From the NCBI GenBank assembly GCA_049516595.1, contig JBEKSY010000006.1:66621-130620 (forward strand): a stretch of DNA of 64,000 nt. The letters run 5' to 3'. This document shows positions 37,296-44,433 of the stretch, piece after piece; positions within the stretch are counted from its first letter, which is position 1, and each line of letters opens with the position of its first letter. Made by a program: the position numbers and the translations under genes. The notes beneath the pieces are model-generated. The model saw only the letters and a program-made list of their open reading frames with translations, was not told the DNA's origin and searched no databases. Source of the DNA: Anaerolineales bacterium (lineage in GTDB: Bacteria; Chloroflexota; Anaerolineae; Anaerolineales; RBG-16-64-43).

Positions 37296-37311
37296 TGCAA
37301 GGGGCGTGCCA
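37296..37311 (-). promoter_or_regulatory. Sigma-54 (-24/-12) promoter, perfect consensus
   Basis: The minus strand reads TGGCACGCCCCTTGCA, 43 nt upstream of ATG 37253 and just downstream of the activator gene's terminator. Confidence 0.75.
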
Positions 37312-37335
37312 AGGAACGGAGGCGATTGGGCGGAG

Positions 37336-37363
37336 AAAAAGGGAGCTGCGCGTGGCAGCTCCC
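37336..37363 (-). terminator. Rho-independent terminator after the activator gene
   Basis: Minus strand: GGGAGCTGC-CACG-CGCAGCTCCC followed by TTTTT, about 30 nt after the stop at 37394. Confidence 0.75.
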
Positions 37364-37393
37364 GCTTTCCCATGGAATCCGAGTCCGGGGGGG

Positions 37394-38614
37394 TCAGGCC
37401 TTCGCGCGGCGGGTGGATGGCTTGACCGCTGGAGGTTCTGAGAGCAAGGCGGCGAAATCTCCCGGAAGATCCCCCACGTCGATTTCGGCGCCGTCGCAGA
37501 GCATAGCGGCTCGCTCCACCACGTAGCGCAGCTCTCGAATGTTCCCTGGCCAGGGGTGGGCGGCCAGGCCCTGAAGTGCGCGTGGAGTGGCTCCGCCCAA
37601 AGAGGCTCCTGTGCGCTCGTTGTACTTGCGCAGGAAGAGGCCGACCAGGGCTGGGATGTCTTCCTTTCGCTCTCTCAGAGGAGGCAAGTGGAGGTCGGCA
37701 ACCTTTAGGCGATAGTAGAGGTCCTCGCGGAATTCCCCCTTTTGACTAATGTGCTCCAGGTCTCGATTGGTCGCAGCAATCACCTGGACGTCCGTGTGCA
37801 GTTCGGCGATCCCGCCCACCCTGCGGAAGGCGTGATCATCCAGAAAGCGCAGGAGCTTGGCCTGAAGGTCGAGGCGCAAGCCGGAGATTTCATCCAGAAA
37901 GAGGACGCCCTCATCCGCCGCCTCCACCAATCCGGGCTTTCGTTTTTGCGCGTCGGTGAAGGCCCCCGCCTCGTGTCCAAAGAGTTCCGACTCAATCACC
38001 TCGGCAGGCAGCGCCGCACAATTGACGGGGAAAAAGGGCTTGGCGGCCCGCGGGCCCATTAGATGGATCGCCCTGGCCAAGACCTCTTTGCCTGTCCCCG
38101 TTTCGCCGGTGATTAGGACGGGAGCCGAGGTGGCGGCCGCCCGCCGCGCCTCATGCAACACGCGCTGCATGGCCGGGCTTTCGCCGGGAATCCAGTCCAG
38201 CGCCTCCGCTCTGGCCGACCTTTGGTAGTAGTCCAGCTCGCGCTGCAGGCGTACGACCTCGGCCGTCCGCTGGATCACGCTTCGCAAATGGTCCGGGTCG
38301 AGCGGCTTTTCGAGCAGGTCAACTGCTCCCAGTCGAGTAGCCTCGACTGCGGTCGCGATGCTACCGTGACCGGTGACCACCACGGTCTGTGGGCGAGGCC
38401 GCATGTTGGAGATCCTCCGCAGGAGATCGAGCCCGTGGCCGTCCGGGAGATTGAAATCGCAAATTACGATATCTGGGAGCTGCGTGTCAATCGTCCGGCT
38501 TGCGTCCCCCAGGGTCGCCGCCTCCAGGATCTCAAATCCGTCGGCCTTAAGAATCCTTGCCATCGAGCCACGCGCCTTAGCTTCGTCCTCCACAATGAGG
38601 ATACTGTACGACAT
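37394..38614 (-). CDS. Sigma-54-dependent response regulator (REC + AAA+), no DNA-binding domain
   Basis: ILIVEDE...DIVICDFNLPDGHG (REC), Walker A GETGTGKE, GAFTDA (GAFTGA variant), VLFLDEI. The protein ends about 45 aa after the AAA+ lid with no Fis-type HTH. Its ATG overlaps the kinase stop codon (TGATG). Confidence 0.9.
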   Translation of the reverse strand: MSYSILIVEDEAKARGSMARILKADGFEILEAATLGDASRTIDTQLPDIVICDFNLPDGHGLDLLRRISNMRPRPQTVVVTGHGSIATAVEATRLGAVDLLEKPLDPDHLRSVIQRTAEVVRLQRELDYYQRSARAEALDWIPGESPAMQRVLHEARRAAATSAPVLITGETGTGKEVLARAIHLMGPRAAKPFFPVNCAALPAEVIESELFGHEAGAFTDAQKRKPGLVEAADEGVLFLDEISGLRLDLQAKLLRFLDDHAFRRVGGIAELHTDVQVIAATNRDLEHISQKGEFREDLYYRLKVADLHLPPLRERKEDIPALVGLFLRKYNERTGASLGGATPRALQGLAAHPWPGNIRELRYVVERAAMLCDGAEIDVGDLPGDFAALLSEPPAVKPSTRRAKA

Positions 38615-40563
38615 CAGGTCTCCTCCGTCGCCGCGGGGATGACAACCCGGAAGACCGTTCCGCTCCCCGCATAGCTTTCGGCCATGAGCGAGCCATGATG
38701 GGCATCGAGGATGTGTCTGGAGAGAGCCAAGCCCAGCCCGTGCCCTTCTGCTCGCGTGGTGACATAGGGTTGGAACAGATGCTCTTGAACCTGGGCCGGG
38801 AGGCCCTGGCCCGTATCCGCCACCCGGACTTCGACAGCCGGCCGACCGCTGGCCAGCGTGGTTCCCTGAAGGCTGATCGCCAGATGCCCCCCCTGGGGCA
38901 TTGCTTCGGCCGCGTTGTCGACCAGGTTTAGGATGACCTGTTCGATCGAAAGCGGATCGGCCAGCGCTGGCAGGACTCCCTCCGACACGGTGAGATGGGT
39001 CTGGATCGCCGATCGGTCGAGGGAGGGCCGCACGCGCTGCAGCACCCGATTCACCAGCTCGGGCATGGCGGTTGGAACCAGATGAAAGTCCTGGCCTCGG
39101 GCGAAATCGAGCATGCGCCGGGAGATCTCGCTCAGGCGCCGGCATTCCTCCTGGGCTTCCGTGACCAACGCTTGCAGCCCTGGCTCGAGCTCGTGCAGGG
39201 CGTTCATCTCACCCAATTGCAGCGAAAGGTTGTTGAGTGGGTTGCGGACCTCGTGTGCAAAGGAGGCGGCCAACCATCCCAAGACGGCCTGCCGCTGCAA
39301 GTGTTGAACTTCGGATTGGGCGGCCTGGCTGACAGCCAAGTCGCTGATGACCACCAGCACCTGCCTCTGCCCCCCCATATCCGTCGGCGCGATCGGTATG
39401 GCGCGCAGGAAGGCTGGAAATTCCTCGCCGTTCCGCCGGTAAAGGGTTAGCTCGCTGGCTTCCTGGATCCGGTCGCTCTCGCTCGCGGCTCGCAGGGCCA
39501 TGACGGCTTCGGGAGCGGTCAGCCAATCCTCGGCTTTCATTTCAGCCAATTCCTTGGAAAGGTAGCCGAACATCGCCTCGGCGCCAGGGTTAGCGCGCAC
39601 CACGCGGCTGCCTTTCTCGGCGACTAGGAGAACCGCCTGGGCGGTAGCCTCCATCAGGCTCTCGGCGATGGCGCGGAATTGCGAGAGCTGCGCTACGGCC
39701 TCCTTGAGCCCCTTCTCCAGACTTCGACCGCGCAGCTCGGCCAACAAGGCAATGGAGAGCAGAGCACTCAATGCCGCAGGGTCGGGCAGGGGATTTCTTT
39801 CTTTCCACCCAAGCAGCAGAAGGGCCCGTAAAGCCGCAGAGCGATCCAGATCGTGCACCACAATCTGTCGGGTTCCGGCGGAAAGGGCCCAGGCAGCCAG
39901 GGGAGTCTCCACCGGGTCGCCCAGGCGCCAGACGTACGATGCGCTTGACAGTTCTTTGAGCGTCAGCCCCGGGTTGGCGGGAAGCCCGGGGGGCAGCCCC
40001 GCCTCGGCGGCTAGGGCCGGGGGCCCGCCATCTCCTTCGGAGAGCAGCACGGCCGAGTAGTCCGCCTGGAGGAGCTGCGCGCCCCACGCCACCAACTCTT
40101 GGAGCGATCCCTCCTCCTTGATTCCTTGCACGAACGAGTGCAAGAACTGGATGCCTTCGTGGAGGCGCGGGTAGGTGGAGGACTCCGCCTCCGGCTGCTG
40201 GCGCAGGCTCACCAGGGCATCGGGCTCATCCTCGCCAGGAAGACGAATGGCTTGGATTTCCCAGAGATGAGGGAGGTCCTCAGACGGCAGGCTGAGCCGT
40301 TGCGTCCAGCGCACTGGCCGGCCCCGCGCCAGGCTGGAGAGCATGGGGCCGATCTCCGGAACCCCCAGCAATTCTGCCAGGGAGCGGCCGATCAGCTCCT
40401 CTCGACGGGTGCCCAGCCTGCGCCCAGCCAGCGGGTTGGCGTCCAGCACCGCCCCGCTCGAAGCGGCGACGGCGAAGAGGGCCTCGTGATGCATCTCTCC
40501 TAGTCCCAGGGCTTGGGACGAGAGACGATCTCGGGATTTTGAAGTGGGACGCAGCGCCCACAT
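38614..40563 (-). CDS. Cytoplasmic PAS/GAF sensor histidine kinase
   Basis: H-box FAHEVRNPLN, N-box NLVDNAAEAM, G1 DTGQGLP, G2 GHGLGLALS. Upstream are PAS- and GAF-like regions, with no TM segment. Confidence 0.9.
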   Translation of the reverse strand: MWALRPTSKSRDRLSSQALGLGEMHHEALFAVAASSGAVLDANPLAGRRLGTRREELIGRSLAELLGVPEIGPMLSSLARGRPVRWTQRLSLPSEDLPHLWEIQAIRLPGEDEPDALVSLRQQPEAESSTYPRLHEGIQFLHSFVQGIKEEGSLQELVAWGAQLLQADYSAVLLSEGDGGPPALAAEAGLPPGLPANPGLTLKELSSASYVWRLGDPVETPLAAWALSAGTRQIVVHDLDRSAALRALLLLGWKERNPLPDPAALSALLSIALLAELRGRSLEKGLKEAVAQLSQFRAIAESLMEATAQAVLLVAEKGSRVVRANPGAEAMFGYLSKELAEMKAEDWLTAPEAVMALRAASESDRIQEASELTLYRRNGEEFPAFLRAIPIAPTDMGGQRQVLVVISDLAVSQAAQSEVQHLQRQAVLGWLAASFAHEVRNPLNNLSLQLGEMNALHELEPGLQALVTEAQEECRRLSEISRRMLDFARGQDFHLVPTAMPELVNRVLQRVRPSLDRSAIQTHLTVSEGVLPALADPLSIEQVILNLVDNAAEAMPQGGHLAISLQGTTLASGRPAVEVRVADTGQGLPAQVQEHLFQPYVTTRAEGHGLGLALSRHILDAHHGSLMAESYAGSGTVFRVVIPAATEET

Positions 40564-40584
40564 CCGCTGATAACCTACTTTCGT

Positions 40585-41997
40585 CTAGGGGCTTGACACA
40601 ACAGCTTGGCGTTGCGACCGCTGTGCCTTCCTGAGTGCAGCCGGCAGAATCCCTTCCATTGCGCGGTATTTGGCAATCGTTCTGCGCGCCACCGGAATAC
40701 CCCGTTCTCGCAGCATCCCGGCGACCTTGGTGTCCGTGAGGGGCTCGGTCTCCCCGGCAATAATGGAGCGGACCTCATCGCGAACTGAGAGACTCCGATC
40801 GAAGAATCTTGAAAGGGGAATGATGCGGCCATTGGGAAGCGTAGCCCTCTTGCGGCTGACTGCGCGCGAAATCGTCGACTCATGAACCCCCAGGCGCTTG
40901 GCCACGAGGGCGCGGGTCAACGGCTTGAGATCCCGGTCCGTGCCCAGGATGAACTCCCGCTGCTCCTCAGCCAAGGCTCGGGCCAGCCTCAGGAGGGTGT
41001 TCTGGCTTTGCCTGAGACATTTCTCAACGAGGGCCGCCTCCTCGACCTTGGCCTCCCAGTTGTCCCGCTCATCGCCTGCCAAGCTGCGCAGGGCCTCACG
41101 AAATTCCGAGCTCACGTGCAGGCGCGCCGCCAGGGGGGCGAACACCTCAACGATCAGCGGGCCGTTAGCCTGATGGGGGGACAGGCGAAAGGTCATTTCG
41201 GCATCGGTGTAGCGGTCTGGTTCGGGTGCCGCTCGGGCGTGGTCGGATCCGAGAAAGGCCCGGCCGGGATAGGGCGTTAGATTGAGGTGAATGAATCTGG
41301 CTGCCTGCTCGACCAGGGCGCGCGAGATCCCAAGCTGGCGCGCAATCGTTCCGTATTCTCCTCGGGCGAGCTCCTCCAGGTGGTCTCGGATGATGGGGCC
41401 GACGCATTCGGGAACGGGCTTCGTCTCGCTGAGTTGATCGACCTGAATGAGCAGTGCCTCCACAGGCGAGGGGGCGCCAATGCCAGGGGGGTCACCTCGC
41501 TGGATCATGTGGAGTGTCCGCTCGATCAACGCCAGCGGCTTGTGCAGGTACTGGGCAGCCTCAGCCGGGCTCTCGGATAGAAGGCCATTTTCGTCGAGGC
41601 GAGCTAGAAGATAGACCGCAACGGGACGCTGCTCGTCGTCGAGTTCGGGGCCAATCTGCTTCATCAGTCGCTCGCGCAGCCCTTCTGGCTGGGCTGGTTC
41701 GGGGAGATCCTCCAGGCTCTGGCTGGAAGCCGAATGGACCGGAGGGGGGGAAAGGAAAACGATGGGCTGATCGCTGGGGGCGTGGCAGACCGGGCAGGGG
41801 CCGGGCAGGTAAAGGGGGCGGTGGCAGGTCGGACAGCGGGCTGGCTTGACGAGCTCCAGAGCTGGATTGGAGGCGAGCACGGAATTCAACCACTGGTTGA
41901 GCTCGGCTCGCGAGAGGCTCAGCAGGTTCATCGTCTGGGCCAGGTGGGCCGTTGCAGTCTGGCGCAGGCGAGGCAGATTACGTTGCGCAGTGTACAT
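40585..41997 (-). CDS. rpoN: RNA polymerase sigma-54 factor
   Basis: Region I (LRQTATAHLAQTMNLLSLSRAEL), HTH and RpoN box (ARRTIAKYRAMEGILPA). ATG 41997 is preceded by CTGGAGGAGACGCA. The track ORF start at 42159 is an extension. Confidence 0.92.
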   Translation of the reverse strand: MYTAQRNLPRLRQTATAHLAQTMNLLSLSRAELNQWLNSVLASNPALELVKPARCPTCHRPLYLPGPCPVCHAPSDQPIVFLSPPPVHSASSQSLEDLPEPAQPEGLRERLMKQIGPELDDEQRPVAVYLLARLDENGLLSESPAEAAQYLHKPLALIERTLHMIQRGDPPGIGAPSPVEALLIQVDQLSETKPVPECVGPIIRDHLEELARGEYGTIARQLGISRALVEQAARFIHLNLTPYPGRAFLGSDHARAAPEPDRYTDAEMTFRLSPHQANGPLIVEVFAPLAARLHVSSEFREALRSLAGDERDNWEAKVEEAALVEKCLRQSQNTLLRLARALAEEQREFILGTDRDLKPLTRALVAKRLGVHESTISRAVSRKRATLPNGRIIPLSRFFDRSLSVRDEVRSIIAGETEPLTDTKVAGMLRERGIPVARRTIAKYRAMEGILPAALRKAQRSQRQAVVSSP

Positions 41998-42219
41998 TGC
42001 GTCTCCTCCAGGGGGCCGCAATCCGCGCCTCGGCGTTGATGCTTTCTGGAATGCGCCCGAATTGGCGCCCGAGGGGCCGGAGTATAGGTCAAAACCCTTA
42101 AGGTGACAAGTTGCAAGTAGCATGCCTACGGGCACGCCGCTTGCACACGGCTCTGCCAAGGGGTTTGGAGGCTTGAGATTGGCTGTTCTTGTGCTTGGGG
42201 CGGTCTGGGCGGCCGGTAT

Positions 42220-44202
42220 CTAGGATCCGGCGTAAGCCAACTCCACGTACTCGCTGGGCGTGGCTTCGGCCTGGCCTGCCCCCAGGAGGGAGAGGATGTC
42301 AAGGATCATCTGTGCCTTGTTTTCGGCATCGCGGCGCGACCAGGTTCTGCTCTTGACCTCCAGAAAGTGGCCGTGCAGAGCAGGCTTGTCGACCCGATCC
42401 AGGTTGATGAAGAACTCGGTGTCGCGATAGCGCACAAGCCAGCGCCGCCGATCCTTCTGAACCTCGATCTCACGCCCAGGCTGGAAGTACTCCCGGTAGA
42501 ACCTGAGGCTGTGGGTTGCGGGAGCTAGGAATCGCGAGCGGGACAGCAGAACAGCATGCTGGAACTCCTGTTCTCGGGCCGGCCCGGTCAGGGTCAGGCG
42601 GTAGCGAACGTTGTACACTTCTCCGTTCTCGTCAATGAACTCATCCTCCCGGTAGCGCAGACGACCCTGCTCCGGATCGGCGAACACAAAGTAAGTGTCG
42701 TATTCCCGGTAATGGCGATGACGGATGGTAATCAACTCCGAGGATTCTAGTTTCGCCAGAACTGGCCCAGGGTCCTCAAGCCGGACCTTCACCTGAACCT
42801 CGAATGACTCCGCCTCGGTGGTCCCCCCGATGGCGACGAGCTTGGAGAGAACGGAGGTCTCGCGCTCAAGCAAGAAGGCGTCGATTCGGGAGGCGATATC
42901 CTGGGCGTTGCGTAGTAGTTCGTCTTGGTTGAGGGTCAGGAGTTGGCGATTCCGCATGAGCCACCGGCCATTGACCATCACGTCCGTCACGTCGGCCGCA
43001 TGTGCGGAGTAGACCAGACGTGAGTAAACCGCGTCCGGGCTGCGCTGGAACCCGGGCGAACTATGGACGTCACTCGGATCGATCAGGGTGATATCCGCAC
43101 GTTTCCCGACCTCCAACGAGCCGGTGATGTCCCCCAAGTGCAAAGCCCGCGCCCCCAGGCGCGTCGCCATGGCCAGAGCCAGGCGCGCGGGTAGCGCGGT
43201 GGGGATTCCCGAGATACCCTTGGCGAGAAAAGCTGCCAGGCGGGTTTCTTCAAACATGTCTAGGTCATTGTTGGAGGCGGCCCCGTCGGTGCCGATCCCG
43301 ACGTTCAACCCGGTCTCCAGCATCTTTACCACCGGGGCGACTCCCGAGGCCAGCTTGAGGTTGCTCGAGGGATTGTGGGCGATTCCCGCGCCGGCGTGCA
43401 GGAGGGTGCGCATTTCCCCTTCGTCAATGTGCACGCAATGGGCGGCCAGGACTTTCGCCTCTAGCAGCGTCTGCTTTTTTACATAGGGGATAACGGGCAT
43501 CCCATTTTCGCGGCGCGAGTTTTCAACCTCCAGGGCGGTCTCGGCCAAGTGCGTGTGCAGGGGGACATCCAGCTCGACGGCCAGTTCGGCGCAGGCCTTC
43601 AAGATCTCGGCCGTGCAGGTGTAGGGGGCGTGCGGACCCACGGAGGGGACGATGAGGGGGTGTCCCTTCCAACGGACGATGAATTCGCGACAGGCGGCCA
43701 GGGAATCTTCAAAGGAAGTCGCATCCGGGGTGGGGAACTTGACCACGGTTTGCGAGCAAAGGGCGCGCATTCCGACCTCCGCGGTGACCCGGGCTACTTC
43801 CTCTTCGAAGTAATACAGGTCGGCGAAAGTCGTCACCCCCGACCGGATCATCTCGGCGCAGGCCAGCTTGGTTCCCAGGCGAACGAAGTCGAGGTCGACG
43901 AACTTGCGTTCCACCGGGATCATGTAGCCCAGCAACCAAACGTCGAGGCGGAGATCGTCGGCCAGTCCCCGCAAAAGGGTCATGGGGGCGTGCGTGTGGG
44001 CGTTCACCAGACCCGGCATGACAATTCGTCCCCGGCAGGCGAACCGCGCCTGAGGCTCAAACTCCCGCTCCAGCTCGCCCTGTTCGCCGACTCCCACGAT
44101 GAGGCCCTGATCGATGGCGACGGCCCCCGGGTTGAACTGACGATAGCTGTCATCCATCGTGAGGACATGGCCATCCTCCAGGAGCAGATCAATGCGGGTC
44201 AA
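42220..44202 (-). CDS. Fusion protein: amidohydrolase (MTA/SAH deaminase MtaD-like) + CYTH domain
   Basis: N-part: VMPGLVNAHTHAPMTLLRG, HLAET, GTDGAASNN. C-part (last ~190 aa): FEVQVK (ExExK) and a beta-rich CYTH-like pattern up to LEVKSRTW. Likely TTG start at 44202 after TACGGAGGAATC. Confidence 0.85.
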   Translation of the reverse strand: MTRIDLLLEDGHVLTMDDSYRQFNPGAVAIDQGLIVGVGEQGELEREFEPQARFACRGRIVMPGLVNAHTHAPMTLLRGLADDLRLDVWLLGYMIPVERKFVDLDFVRLGTKLACAEMIRSGVTTFADLYYFEEEVARVTAEVGMRALCSQTVVKFPTPDATSFEDSLAACREFIVRWKGHPLIVPSVGPHAPYTCTAEILKACAELAVELDVPLHTHLAETALEVENSRRENGMPVIPYVKKQTLLEAKVLAAHCVHIDEGEMRTLLHAGAGIAHNPSSNLKLASGVAPVVKMLETGLNVGIGTDGAASNNDLDMFEETRLAAFLAKGISGIPTALPARLALAMATRLGARALHLGDITGSLEVGKRADITLIDPSDVHSSPGFQRSPDAVYSRLVYSAHAADVTDVMVNGRWLMRNRQLLTLNQDELLRNAQDIASRIDAFLLERETSVLSKLVAIGGTTEAESFEVQVKVRLEDPGPVLAKLESSELITIRHRHYREYDTYFVFADPEQGRLRYREDEFIDENGEVYNVRYRLTLTGPAREQEFQHAVLLSRSRFLAPATHSLRFYREYFQPGREIEVQKDRRRWLVRYRDTEFFINLDRVDKPALHGHFLEVKSRTWSRRDAENKAQMILDILSLLGAGQAEATPSEYVELAYAGS

Positions 44203-44359
44203 GATTCCTCCGTAGGACGGGCCGAGGCCATTCCATGACAGTCCCTCCGCAACGGTTGCCGGGCGCCGCCCGAAAGTGTCCTTCCCATCCCCGGGCCGCT
44301 GCCCACAGGGGTTCCGAGGAGAGCCAGACTCAGTAAGATGGAGTGCAGCATTTCGGTGC

Positions 44360-44388
44360 ATTATACTTACTTGAAAGGGTCCGAACAA
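44360..44388 (-). promoter_or_regulatory. Candidate sigma-70 type promoter for the mtaD-CYTH gene
   Basis: Minus strand: TTGTTC-N17-TATAAT in the divergent intergenic region. Confidence 0.4.
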
Positions 44389-44433
44389 CAAGCCAGGAAC
44401 GTCGCCGCCCCAAGCGAAGCCAGGGGGTGATCG

